A stretch of DNA of 64,000 nt from Paraspadella gotoi (GCA_051294375.1 CM119269.1:22431808-22495807); one strand, 5' to 3'. Counted from the stretch's first letter, positions 34,862-48,600 are shown. The notes: generated by a model from the sequence alone, not told the origin. Program-made: numbers and translations.

Positions 34862-37800
34862 ATGACAAATGAAACGATGCTCTTGACGAAAGTGTGGTTG
34901 CCAACTTTTCCTTTGCAGATGTACGATAAGTCGTTTCGCCTTTTAGCCATAGACCATCTCGTGATTGAGACGAAAAATGTTCAGAGATACAAAGATTTTT
35001 TTGTTAATCAACTCGGATTCAACGCCGATGACGACGACGACGACCGCGACGACTTCCAAGTCTCGAGAGGGCGTTGCCGCTTTCGTGTTCGTCCTTCTGG
35101 CGCCAATAACAACAACAACAACAACAAGAGCCAACCAGACTCTGTGACTGACGTCTGCATCGTCGTCAGCGACGTGGAAAACTTCGTGTTGCACGTGAAG
35201 AGGGCGTGTCCCGAGGCTCTGGTGGAAGACGCGACTGTTGTTTGTCATCCGCGGTTGGGTCCTTGCAAAAGAGTTAGGATTAAGGTAAAGTCGAAAATTG
35301 GGTGTAGTCAATTGATGTCTTTGTCTTTGGGAAATGAGGTGGCGGGTGGTAAATCATTCCATTTGTAAGATGATCTCAAGGTTCACTTACCGAATGACGG
35401 CTTCAAACTTAACGGAGAAATCTTCGTTTTCTAGGAAAATAGGATGCCCCGAAGAGCTGCTAGAGGCTCTTCTCTTATAAGTTATATCTTTGTCTATTTC
35501 CGTAATGACCAAAGTATAATTTTCCATTGTCCATTCACAATCCCTTCAATTTTCTCCACCAGTCAATCATCGGCAACGTTTATCACACGATTCTTAGCGT
35601 AGAATCCGGTTACCATGACAACGATAACTCTGTCGATCGAGGGAAAACAGAGCCTCTCATCTCGGGACTCGATCACGTCGCGTTGGCCTGTGAAAGAGGT
35701 GAGAGATTGCTCTGTAGACCCTGGCGGAGATAGAACGTGCTACCCGCGAGTTGTCGCGAAGCATCTGTCGGTCGGTCGGTCGGTCGGTTAGTTGATACAT
35801 TTTTCTGTCGGTTTATTCCACTTACGTTTAAATGCGAATAACAGGCGCATTAGCTTATCAAGTCATTTTTATTATTTCGAAGATAGGTGCAGTACCACGT
35901 GACCCTCCTTGCTTGTGTGATCGCGTGATCGATTGAAAATACTGATCTGTACAGGTTTTTACTTGGCTGACACAATTTGTGCCAGGAGACATTTGTCTAT
36001 TTATTTCCTACAGTGCAGTTGCATAATTGAGATGACGTTGAAAAAAAAAATTGATGCGGCACAACACCTTCCAATTGATATTCCTTATTAAGTTAATGGA
36101 CGCTCGTTTTCCTAATTAGGCGAGACGGCTTCGATCATGAAATGGCACGAATTGATTTTTGGAATGAAAAGTTTCGATTTTGGAGAAAACGGAGACGGAC
36201 TCCTCATAAAAACTGATCAAATTGGAATGAAACTCTCGGTTAGTATATATCATTTTCGATCGGGGGTAAAATAATCCTTTGAAGAGACAGTAATAATTGT
36301 TGTGTTAGTGACAGAATCGTTCAATATAAGCAGTCCCTGAGCTTCGGATCAGGCGGGTTAAGCGCCTCGTCTCTCTTAACTGCTAGGCAACCACCGGGAG
36401 AGAACCCCGAACTTTTGGGTTAGGAGGCGAATGACTTGCCTCCTGCACCAATGGCCGCTGATGAACGGTTTGTGGATTTTAGTCCACCATACATTCCCTC
36501 TTCCCTAGGGAGAAGTCTGTTGCGTCTCTTCTGTGAATTGTTGGTAGTGGAAAGTTCGTCACCAAGTTGAGGCATGTTACCTGATGTGTTGTTGATGGAA
36601 AGTGCGTTGCCAGGTTGAGGCATGTCGCCTGAAAGTGGTGGTGTTGTTCTTGTGTTCAGAAGTCGAGCTCACCAATGAAGAGACGGTAATAATAACTGTT
36701 CAATATAAGCAGTCCTGTAACACCATGTTACAGGTGGGTTAAGTGCCCCGTCCCTCTTAACTGCTAGGCGTCCACCGGGCTAGAACCCCGGACCTTTGGG
36801 TTGGGAGACAATTGACTTGCCTCCTACACCAATGGCCACTGATGAACAGTTGGTGGATTTTAGTTCACCATACCTTGTATTTTGATTTTGGGCGGATTAC
36901 ACTATAGTATTCTCCGATCACAATTGAAACATTCTTTGAAATTTTATACTATGGCAATAGCCGGGTTGCCTGTGATGCCCATTGGGTTGGAGCATCTCAC
37001 TGTTGGCTTTGGGGGCTTCCGACCCTCAGTGACACATCCAGTCACTGGCGCGGTTACCCTAGGAAGGTCTCGCTTTGCCAACGCAGAGGGAAGTCGTTAT
37101 GACTGGATGGAACACAACGCCTGGGATGGTGTGTTCCCCCTCTGAGCCAATGGTATTGACTGAACGATCGTGGACGTGAGCTGGTGTGAATATACCACCA
37201 CAATACCACCTTTATTGATAGGGGCTTTGGACCTTGACTGACCTTGTCTTGTCAATTATGCTAATTTCTTACCTCTTCCCAAGATTGAGTGGGGCAACTG
37301 GCCACTTAAAAAGTTAATATTACTAGCTTATGTCATTTAACTACCATTTTAAAAAGTAAAATTGATCCGTTGTAAATTTGGTCACAGATGTTGATGGTCA
37401 CAATCTTAGGCTCTGGAGTTTTGGAAGTGTTCCGAGAAAGGATTGTATCAAGAGGGTGAAGGAAACTTCCCACTTTTCGTCTTGGTGGAATCGTTGCCAG
37501 GTTAAAATTCATTTCGAGATGAATGAATGATAAATTCTTATTCAATTAACTCTTTTTAAGTTTTAACCTTTTAACCTCAAATCAGAATCGGATGGAAACA
37601 ACCAGATCGACGTCTTCATTGCGGAACACGGTGGCGCCGGTGTGCAACATATTGGAATCATCACGAATGACATTTGCCAAAGCAAAGCGGAATGGAATTC
37701 GCGGGGCGTCGAGTTTATCGAGCCTCCGCCAACCTATTACACTGAAATTGGAAAGTTAGAAGACATCGTCAGAGCCGGTTCATTTGGGATATTTAGAATA

Positions 37801-38262
37801 ATGGGGTCTTTTTGATGAACATAATATTGACGTTAATTATTTATTCAGGGGAGGACCCGACACTCTTGCAAGCCCACGGGATTTTGATCGACCACGAAGA
37901 GTTTGCGGACGAAGTCAAGGGGTAAATTTAATTACTCGTTTATAAATTTGAAACAAAACCACCAACGGTCTGAAGCCTTTAAACTTAAAGGTCGTCTATC
38001 CGATGTCCGTTTTCTAGCTTCCTGCCGTTGCTAAACTGTAACCCAAATATTTAAATCTATCATGACATATCTCGGTCACTTTCCTCAATCCTCATTACTC
38101 AGCTACGAGACTGGCTACCTCATGCAAGTCTTCACCAAACCCATTTTCGACGAGCGAACTTTCTTTCTCGAGCTCATCACCCGGCGCGGCGCTCGAGGGT
38201 TTGGCGCTGGGAACATCACGGCCCTCTTTCGCGCCGTGCAGGCCTACATGAAGGCCCCCTGA
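34862..38262 (+). CDS. HPDL: 4-hydroxyphenylpyruvate dioxygenase-like protein, multi-exon (start at 34862 or 34919)
   Basis: [56 protein letters not shown], and C-terminal [37 protein letters not shown]. The FFLELI..RGA.GFG.GNI.AL pattern fits HPDL better than HPD. Confidence 0.88.
36280..36491 (-). mobile_element. tRNA-derived SINE-like family C, copy 1
   Basis: Reverse complement of 40838-41052. Confidence 0.8.
36678..36872 (-). mobile_element. tRNA-derived SINE-like family C, copy 2
   Basis: Diverged direct repeat of 36280-36491. Confidence 0.78.
36951..37203 (+). repeat. Family B copy, preceded by the family A head module (36872-36950)
   Basis: Direct match to 26778-27032. Confidence 0.88.
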
Positions 38263-38815
38263 GGGCGCGCATTCGACTCAACTGGCGTCCTCGGTTGGAG
38301 CCTCGCCATTATTTATTCCTTGTTGACTGTTGTTGGTGTTGGAAATACTAGTATATTGACGATTTTACTCACGTTATGGATGTTTTTTAATCACGATGCG
38401 CGAGTCCGCGATCGGACCGAGGGAGGGGGGGGGAAAGCTTTTTTGTTCTTGTTTGGAACTGAACGCCGCCATGATGAGAAGGATATGTCAAGTTTATGTG
38501 GGAAGATTAAAAATTGGACAGTTTTTGAGTTGATATAGGAGATTATAGCTTCGATTATTACGTTTGCAAAACAATGCGTAATATTGTTACATCGACAAAT
38601 GTTTTTTTTTTTTTTGGCCAACGAATTTAATTTAAAATTGAAAAAGGAGACGCTTTTCTCTCTTATATCTGTGTGTGCCTTTCTCTTTTTTTTTTTACAG
38701 TTTAGCACAAACTCTGGAAAAATTATGTTACATTTCTGAAGAAAAAAAATCCTAAATTTGCTCATTGGCAATTTCGCGCTTTCGTTAATCCGTCCTGTGA
38801 GACCCGACGACGACG

Positions 38816-40492
38816 ATGCTCGACCGTTCCGCGATCCTCCTCCTCTTCCTCTTCCTCCGCCCCTCCTCCTCCCAAGTGTCCAACAACTTTGGGCTGGATC
38901 AAGCGTGGAACTTTCAAGACGAAGACGGGAACCGAATCTACGATGCGCGACTCGATCCATCCAACGAGAAATTCGATTGTCGCTATTGGTGGGATCACGT
39001 GATGGCCAATCCGGGTCTTTATCACGAGCAATGGCGTCCCTTTCACGATCCCGACGATCGAAGCGACATCTTCAACGCCGGAATCAATCATCCCTCTTGT
39101 CAGTTCTCCGTTTGGTGAGTCGCGTCCCAAGTTTCCACCCTTTTTTTTCATTTCAAATTTTAAACCCAATGGTCCAATACAAGAGACGAGCTACACGATA
39201 AATCCGTTTCCTGCGATGGGATGATAGGCACAGAAAATAAGAAACAATGTTATGGACAATAGAATTCGGGAAGGCACTAAAATAGAGAGTGCGTCACTGC
39301 ACAAGTAAGGGAGAGAGTGATAGGGAAAGAGAAAGAGAGTCACCGGCTTCTACGAAATCTTCGTAGCCGCAGTTTATTTGATAAATAAGCCGTATGTTGT
39401 GCCTTGGGACACAGGCTATTATGGGTTTTGTCCTCCATACCCCTTCTAAGATGATATCTAAGCAGCACCCTGCAAACTTTCAAACTCTGCCTAGTTCTGA
39501 GTATCAGTCAACAACATTTGTGTAATTAGAATATATAATATAATTACTATTAATTAGGATTCATTATTACTACTAGTATTATGACAATAAAAAATATCAA
39601 GACTCGGTCATCCCATCCCCATCCCCAGGTACAAAATGAAGGAGTGGGAAACGGGCAACTTCCCCTGGGAAGAACGAAGGCCGCGCCCCGATCCTTACTA
39701 CACTCGTCCGGTGGTCAACACCGACTACGGCATCATCCGGGGCTACAACGTGACGTGGGAGCGACGCCCCGTCTTCAACAAACTCTTTCCCAAAGAGGAA
39801 TTCTTCATCGAGAAATCAATTTCCATCTTTCTCGGGATTCCTTACGCCGGATCGCCAGATCGGCAGTCGAGGTTTCAGCGGGCGGACTTTCCACAGGTGT
39901 GTGTGAGATAGAGAGAGGGAGAGGGAGGAAGAGGAGAGATACCTTACGCCCGTTCGCTAGATAGGGAGTCGAGGTTGCATCGGGCAGACTTTCCAGACTT
40001 TCCTGAGGTGAGAAAGAGAGCAAAACAAAGAGAATGGGCGGCTCTAACCCTTAATTAAAAAAAAAATTGTCAAATAGTTTTAAAATAGTTATCTAATAAA
40101 TATATAAATCCTATAAGGTTTGGGCGCCGAAGGAATTAGACGCCTCCCGCTTCCGCAACGCCTGCGTCCAAATCGATGAAGGAGCGTTCATCGGGAAATT
40201 TCAACCCAACATCTCATCAAATTATTCCGAGGATTGTCTCTATCTAAACGTCTTTGCGCCGAATTATACGTGAGAAAATAGTTGTTAATTTTTGAGACAT
40301 TCGATAACTTTAAAGATGGTTTTATGGCAACAGCCGGGTTGCCTGTAATGCCCATTGGGATGGGGCATCTCACTGTTGGGTTTGGGGGCTTCCGACCCTC
40401 AGTGACGCCTCCTGTCACTGGCACGGTTATCCTAGGACGGTCTCGCTTTGCCAACGCAGATGGAAGTTGTTAGGACTGTGGATGGAACTCTT

Positions 40493-40564
<72 letters not shown>

Positions 40565-43500
40565 GACCCTCAGTGACGCCTCCTGTCACTGGCGTGGTTA
40601 CCCTAGGACGGTCTCGCTTTTCCAACGCAGAGGGAAGTCGTTAGGACTGTGGATGGAATGCAACGATTGGGATGGGGTGTTTGCATATAGTAGCAATGTA
40701 ACTCTCGAGGTTTCTGAGTAGAAGAAGTGTTGTTGTTTGTTCTGTTTCAATATGCGGTCTATTTTTCGGTATTCTAATCGATACATAACTCATGAAATGA
40801 TCCTTACAAGTTTATTAAATATTATGGATAAATTGGATATGGTGGACTAAAATCCACCAACCGTTTATCAGCGGCCATTGGTGCAGGAGGCAAGTCATTC
40901 GCCTCCCAACCCAAAGGTCCGGGGTTCTAGCCCGGTGGTCGTCTAGCAGTTAAGAGGGACAGGGCGCTTAACCCGCTTGATCCGAAGCTCAGGGACTGCT
41001 TATATTGAACGGTTCTGTCACTAACTCATAACAATTATAACCGTTTCTTCAATATACCATTTTAATAATGACTACTGGCTGGACGGTAGCTTTTGAGGGA
41101 ACCGATTTCGTAATGTTAAATTTTGTCATTAAAGCCCGGTGACACGAAAAGGTCAAAAATTCCTCGACTTTCCCCCCCCCCATCTCTCTCATCCAGTTAC
41201 CCCCGCACCATGAAGGAGTTCGCCAAGTGGCGACCGACCGACCAAAATTATCCGGTTCTCGTCTTTTTCCACGGCGGAGACTTCGTCAAAGGTTCCGCAT
41301 CTCTCTATCCGGGTCACATGTTGGCCTCCAAGGACATCATCGTCGTCACCGTCAACTACCGCCTCGGACCCTTGGGCTTTCTCTCCACGGGCACCAAGGA
41401 CGCCCCGGGCAACTACGGCCTCTGGGATCAGTGGCGCGCTCTCCAGTGGGTCAATGAGAACATTCACTACTTTTTCGGCGACCCAAATCGGGTGACCATC
41501 ATGGGCGAGGAGGCGGGGGCCATTTCCGCGTTGCTGCACACTTATAGCGAGTGGTCCAGGCCTTACTTTCATCAGGTAAGCTTGTGGGTGGAGGATGATG
41601 GTGGCTTTGTTTGAGGAATGAATGAATTTGAGGAATGAATGAATGAATCAATTTAAAGAAAAACTTTTTTCCCCAAATTTCCCCTCCCCCCCCCACAACC
41701 CTCTCCTTTCACGTCTTTTTCATAGGTGATTGCTCACGGCGCATCGGAATTCACTCCCGGCGCCGTGACTCTCACCCAATACTTGTACGACATTGAGGCG
41801 AATCGTCCCAACCGACCGAGTCACTTCGCCGAGGAGCTGGCCGAGCTGCTCGGCTGCGCCATCCCGACCGAACAGGATCGACTCTACGAAGAATATTACG
41901 AATACGCTTTAAGGCAGATGAGGGATTGTCTCAAGGATTGGCAGAACGCAGCCACTTGGGAGAACATCGCCAAGGTGAGAGGAATTAAGGGGATGGTCAC
42001 TGGTCACACAGTGGTCACTGGATAGTCGCGCTTCTTAATCACACCTTCTTTATTTCACCATATTTCTTTTTCTCTTCGTCACTTTGTCGCTTATACATAC
42101 TTTTTCTCTCGCTGAACACTACACAGCCGATCATTCGGCATCACTCTTCCTAGCACTAGTATATTTCATGGAATTTGCTGTAAATCCAAGACCTCAGGTA
42201 TTTTAAGTAATAAGTAATTCCTACCATATCGTTTGAATACTAATTGATTTTCTTACTAAAACTACTAATTGTCATTCTGAATCCCAAGTAACCTATTATT
42301 AAATTGCATGGCAGTTTTTTTGGTCCCTCTGAATGATAGCAATAACCCATTATACGTACGACTATCAATTCCCACGATTGCATGTTGCACGATTTTCCAA
42401 TTTTGACAGCGGTGGTTCCTCACATGTGACATGCGATTCCTCACACTTGACATGTGCTTCCTCACACGTGATCCACGTATTTTCTCCACTCAACATCAGG
42501 TCTCGAAATTCGTGGGACGCGAACCCGACAATCCTCCCTGGCATCCAGTCGTCGATGAGTTCCTGCGCTTTCCATTTCTCGACGCCTTACCCAGGCAGAA
42601 GGCCGACGCGATCAAGGCCAACGTCTTGAAGGTGAGTCACTATTTTGGCAGGCTGCAGCGTCTAAGAGATAACGAGCTAATATCGTCGTATGAATTGGCC
42701 TTTTGTTGAAAAAGAAGGCAAATTGCTCAAAACTTTGGGCCTTTTGTTGAAAAAGAAGGCAAATTGCTCAAAACTTTTCCAATGACTCCGAGAAAAAAGT
42801 ACTTTTTTTTTTTGGCTTAAAATTAAATCCCGGGCGTCACAGACGTCCTTCCGTTGCCATGAGTGACAAATAACTTTTAATCAATTTTAATCACAAGTTA
42901 ACGTCGAAGCTAATTGTTGAATGCTTGATTGTGATGTTGATGACGATTATGATGATGATCTTTATCTCCACCAGTCGGAACCAAAGCCTGTGATCTTCGG
43001 ACTCGACGCCGACACCGGCGCCGACTTCATCGAGCGTCTCAACGTGACGGGTCTCGACGAGGGACTCGACGAACAAGAGTTCACCGACATTGTCATGAAT
43101 TTCGTCACCGAGAGGAACAAGAGGTCAGGGGGGGGGGGTTGGATAAATCGTTCATTCCCGGAATATAATCTCTCAATGGCAGAATGAGATATAAATGTCT
43201 CATTCCCAGAATGAGATTGAAATTGTTCTCTCAATCCCCGTAATCTCTTATAGGTACGTTCTCTACGACGAGACCCACGGACCCAACCCCGCCATCATCC
43301 ACTACGACCGTCTCCGCGACGCCGTCGCCTTCACCTACACCAACTGGCAAAATCGAGGGGACAACCGCGAACGCCTCCAACGGGCCGTCGACATGGTCAC
43401 CGATTACTACACCACGGCGCCCATCGTGGAATCCCTCGGCGTCCACGGACGCTTCAACGCCACCTGGCTCTACGTCTTCGACTATCGATCGGAACTCTCG

Positions 43501-44806
43501 ACGGAACCGGCGTGGAAGGGCGTTCCCTCGGGCAAGGCCATGGAATACGCCTTCGGTTATCCCTTCTACAACTACACCGAGGATCCCCGATGGGTCTTCT
43601 GGGATCACCTCCGCAACTTCGACCGGAATTTTCGAGAGTCTTACGACGACGTGGACCGCAACGTCTCGAACATCACGATGGAACTCATCGCCACCTTCGT
43701 CAAACACGGGCGACCCACTCTGCTGCGGCCCGACGTGGAGAGAGAGACGCCGCTCGGATTCAAGTGGAACAACTGGGACGATTTCATGACCAACCTTACC
43801 TGGCCTCAGTATCAAGAGGGTAAGCATCACCTCACCATTAATCGATCTCTTCATCATCCCTACAACTGCTCCTTGGACTACGTCTTCCAACCGGAAATGC
43901 GAATCGGCGACAGTTCGGGGAAATTCGGGGAGAATCGACCCATAATCGTCAATTGGGCGCAATGGAACGACTTCATATCGGAGCTGCAAAAGTGGCGTTT
44001 GACGCAGAGCGACTACGAACAGGTAAATTTAATTTTAACTTGGGCAGAAAGTATTGTAACTTGGTGTTGTATAGATGATCCCTCTATTTCCAGAAGACAC
44101 CTGTAACATACATATCCCAATTGAAAAAATTGCGAAGTGATTACTGATTAACTTGAAATAAGTAATTTTAAACCTCCAAAGCAACGGAATAAAAAATTGT
44201 CAATATGCAAATGAGATTGAGGAACTCTTCCGATCCTCCTGTTCAGGGGCGAACGAGGTTCTCCTGCTGGCGCCGTTATCGAGAGCGCCAACTCATCGTG
44301 GACAACTCTCAGAATTTCCGCGAGCATCAAGCGGGATTCTGGAACGGGTACTACGCCCAGATGTCGGTCAGGAACATCTCCTTGCGTCACTTGGAGCCGA
44401 CGCCTCGTCCCGCCGTCGCTTACATGTCGCCTTCCGTCTATCAAGGTATGTTTGGTATATGATACCAATAACATCACAAGGCAGAACGAGTCCGTCAATA
44501 AGTGATGGTAACGTTGATGACCTGACAGGCATCGTCTTCACCCTGGTGGCGATTCTCTTCATTCTTTGCGTCGCCGCCATCTCCATTTGTCTCTGTCCTC
44601 GACGTGACTCTCCGCCCGGAGGATCGAGAGGATCGACGAGGACGGACAAGGATTATCTCAGGGAGACAATGCTGGACGGAGGAGGAGGAGGAGGAGGAGG
44701 AGAGGGGCTTTCGAGGGAGATGACGAGGTCGTCGATCTCTTCCAAGGCTTCCAAAGGATCGAGGATGATGGACGGAGGAGGGGTCACCACCTCCAGTCGG
44801 TGTTGA
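38816..44806 (+). CDS. Non-catalytic carboxylesterase/cholinesterase-fold type I membrane protein (neuroligin/gliotactin-like), multi-exon
   Basis: Signal peptide MLDRSAILLLFLFL, FLGIPYA, SEDCLYLNVFAP, PVLVFFHGGDF, VTVNYRLGPLGFL, GNYGLWDQ, FFGDPNRVTIMGEEAG, TM IVFTLVAILFILCVAAISICLC and a cytoplasmic tail ending TTSSRC*. Confidence 0.9.
40324..40680 (+). repeat. Two partial family B copies separated by a (CT)n tract
   Basis: 40324-40487 and 40561-40680 match 26778-27032. Confidence 0.85.
40838..41052 (+). mobile_element. tRNA(Gly)-derived SINE-like family C, copy 3
   Basis: 40871-40942: acceptor-like GCGGCCA/TGGTCGT, A-box-like TGGTGCAGGAGG, loop CT-CCC-AA and T-arm CCGGG-GTTCTAG-CCCGG (B-box-like). 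The anticodon stem does not pair. Confidence 0.75.
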
Positions 44807-45640
44807 GAGTCCGCGGGGGGGAGGAGGATAAGGAAGCCTCGTTTTGGAAGAAAAAAAGAAGAAAAAACGAGTTTCGTTTCGTGAAAGGATTCCCTGTTTT
44901 GTTGACAAAAAAGAAAACCTAAGACGGCAAGAGTTTCAAGAGAGGATTTGTAAGCATACTGTTTATATATACATTGTATTTTAACAAATCGTACACTTGT
45001 TTGGTTTCGAAGCATTCCATTTAATCCTGTTTAATGTTTATCTTTGCGCTAGTTTTTATCTGTGATACTTAGCATAATGTAAATATTATGCTGGTGTTGT
45101 TGTTCATGTGTACTTTAAAAGACCTCTTTTACTTTTTTCGCACTTTGATCTCTACTTGTTCAATTTATGCTCTACACAATCTATACATTAATCATATGTA
45201 AATATACTGTTCTCTATATATTGATAGTTGAAAAATCATCTCCCACAAAGCTCAGGCAAACAAATAGAGCTATTGTTCTTAATCTCATGTTGATTTTTCT
45301 CCCGTCAGCCGTCATGGATATTTGTGGAAATCGTTAAAATTATCTGTATTTAATTTCCGCTTGGATAAAATTTTAGGAACCTCGATACTTGAACTAAAAA
45401 GAAAAACATTTTCGACGAACGCGAGAAGAAAACTGCGTAAATTAAGTTTCGGAAGTTAGGAAAAATTAAATCTAGAATTTGTGGCTTTTGAAGTTCAAAG
45501 CCCATCACCTTAGATTAAAGGCGTGGACTGTCTAATTTGAGATTTTGTCCGAAAACGTCCTACGATTCAAGCTTCTGATTTCGTATTAAAGTTCCTTTCT
45601 AAATTTATAACAAAGCCCGATCGCACATGATCTTTGAAGG

Positions 45641-48600
45641 ATGTCGAACGCGAGCGGCGGTTGGCGATCCTATCGACCTTCCAGGGGAAAACACAAACCC
45701 GGCGTCGCTCCCGATCGAAAGGAGGCGCCCTCCAACGGTGCCGCTCGCGAAGTCAACGACGCCGACCCCGTCCCTAAAAAATTGCCTGCGCGTCCTATCA
45801 ACGCCTGGGCCTCAGGACCCCCAGCGTCGCAGATTTTAAAAACCGCCAATGGCGCCGCGTTTAACGGCGTCGGCGGCGGCGGCCGCGACGGATCTGGGCG
45901 AGCGCCTTCCGCCCGCGGAGGACAAAGGGGAGGCAGCCGCGGACGAGGGCGTGGCTCGATGCGAGGGGGCGCTCGTGTCGCTCCCAACGCTCCGCCTCCT
46001 CCCAACGCGGACGACAAATTCCGCGACGTCACCGAGAGACACAAGGCGGCGATTCAAAGACAACTCGAGATTTACGTCTCATCGTCGGAAGAATCTGATG
46101 ACGAAGACGGAGAAGGCGACGCTAAACTCGATGGCGGAAAGGTGAGTCCTTTAAACTCATTTGCATATTGTCGTAGTTTGATGGAATTTCGTTTTGTTTA
46201 TTATTATATTTCTTTAAAATGTAATTATCTATTTTTTTATCGTCGCAATCGCTAAGCGTTTGCGACGATATTGTAACACTTTTGCGCATAAGTGGCATCG
46301 GCGTCGTCGTCGTCGGCGTTCCAAATTATAGATCGCCTTTTTTATGATTAAATTTGGGTTTATGAAGCTGAAAATTTATATACTGCTTCTCATCATCGAT
46401 GTGCTTAAAATTGAGTCTGGACAGTTATTAAATATGTTTGGTTTACGTTTTATCAAAACAAACAAATTTTCTCTCTTTTATTTTCATATTTCTCTCTCTC
46501 TCTCTTTTTTTCTTTTAATTACATGTCTCTCTCCCTCTCTCTTTTCCCTATTCACTGATTCTTAATCATAGGGGAAAAAAACGAGTCTGCAGCTGGCTCT
46601 GCAGGGGCTTTCTTTTCTTTTTTCTCTGCTGCTTCTCTGCTGAGCTGCAGTGCTCTGCAGGGCTCTCTCTTTTCTCTCTTTTCTCCTGCTGCTTCTCTGC
46701 TGCCATTTGATTTTCTTTCTTTTCTTCTCTCTCTCTCTGTGTTTTTATTTAAAAAAAATTGAATTGGGATTGAACTCGTAAAATTAGGCATCGCATTCGT
46801 GCATGTTATCATTTTGCTATAGTAACATCGGGTTTTTATTTCACTTTAGTCTTTACTTCACTTTGTCAGTCTGATTCAAGTTTCACTTTGTCTTTTGTCT
46901 GGGAATGCTGACAGTGTTTAGAGAGGTCGCATTCGATCAAACTGCTCGCTTATGCGGGCTAAAAGTAAAACAAAAGTACCTTCAATAATGTTACTCCAGT
47001 CTTAGCACTTGCTAAAAATTAAACTCGAAAATAAGTTATTTTACTGTTTTATATTTATTCTTTTGACAATGAGAAAGGTTTTTTTTTTTTTTTTTTTTTA
47101 GAAACTGTAACTGTAAATTGACAATCGCAAAATAGAATTTTTCTTTCTGTTTATAAATTAATTTTCTTTTTTCCCCTTTCTATTCTTTCTTTCCTTTCTA
47201 TTCTTTCTTTCCTTTCTATTCTTTCTTTCCTTTCTTTCCTTTCTTTCCTTTCTATCCTTTCTTTCCTTTCTATTCTTTTTTTTTCTATTCTTTCTTTCCT
47301 TTCTTTCCTTTCTATTCTTTATTTATTCTTTTCTTCTTTTTCTTTCTGTTTATAATTTTTTTTTTTTTTTTTCAAATTTGATTTTTTTTAGTATCAAAAT
47401 TTGTCGTCAATCCAGATTTTCTTATGCAATTGCGACGATCCTTATGCTTTTAAGATTTTTCATTCATCAACTAATAATGTTTATGAATTGTTTATGATTG
47501 CTTATATTTAAGACAATAATTGAATAATAAATATAGTTATAATTTAATTTTAATTCTCTCTCAGGCACAACGAATTCTCGACGCCGTTCTCGAAAACTTC
47601 AGCCTCGCCTCCTCCTCCTCTTCCTCCCACGACCCAACTCGCCCTCCTCCTCCTCAATCGGACAACATGAAGCGAACTTACCAACTCCTGACCTCGTGCC
47701 TCGAAGGCGGCAGCCTCGTTTGCCTCGTCTGCATCGGCACCGTCAAGAAGAACGATCCCGTTTGGTCTTGCGAGGATTCTTGCTTCGCACTTTTCCATCT
47801 GCCCTGCATCCAAAAATGGGTCAACGAAGGGGCTTATCGCGCCGCCTCCACCCTTTCCGACGAGGCCTTCCCTCGGCGCGACCTGCCCTGGCAATGTCCC
47901 AAGTGCCGCTTCGACTATCCGCGCTCCAGCTGCCCAACGCGATATCGTTGCTTCTGTGGCAAAACGGAGGATCCTCCCTTTTCACCCTGGAATCTGCCGC
48001 ACTCTTGCGGCGAAGTCTGCGAGAAGAAGTTGAATCCGGAATGCGGTCATCGATGCTTGTTGCTGTGTCATCCGGGTGAGGGGGTGATTGTTGTTGTTAT
48101 GTCATTCGGGTGAGGAGGTGATTGTTGTTGTTGTTATGTCATTCGGGTGAGGGAGTGAGTTGTTGTTGTTGTTATGTTATCCGGTGAGGGGGTGGTTGTT
48201 GTTGTTGTTATGTCATCCGGGTGAGGGGTGTGATTGTTGTTGTTATGTTATCCGGGTGAGGGGGTGATTGTTTGCCTCATTTGCCTTTTGTGTTTTGATT
48301 AACTATATATTTATCTTTTGCCTTCTCGGTTTAATATTGTTATTTTACCTTTTAAATGATTGTTTTTGGGCACCTCTTATAATTAGGCATCCCTTATAGT
48401 GTTGTTGTAAAGTGATTGAATGCTCTAAAAAATGGGACCAAATTCGTATATTAATGTTAATGAACTTGAACCTTTATTGTTGTTGTTATGTTATCCGGGT
48501 GAGGGGGTGATTGTTGTTGTTGTTATGTCATCCGGGTGAGGGGGTGAATGTTGTTATGTCATCCGGGTGAGGGGGTGGTTGTTGTTATTGTTATGTCATC

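Noticed and set aside
36458-36491. CTGATGA in family C as a hammerhead ribozyme core
   Set aside because: No downstream GAAA/stem III. Copy 3 has CTGATAA, so the core is not conserved.
40871-40942. Functional tRNA-Gly(CCC) gene
   Set aside because: The anticodon stem cannot pair, the T-loop is aberrant, and it is embedded in a three-copy repeat; treated as a SINE head.
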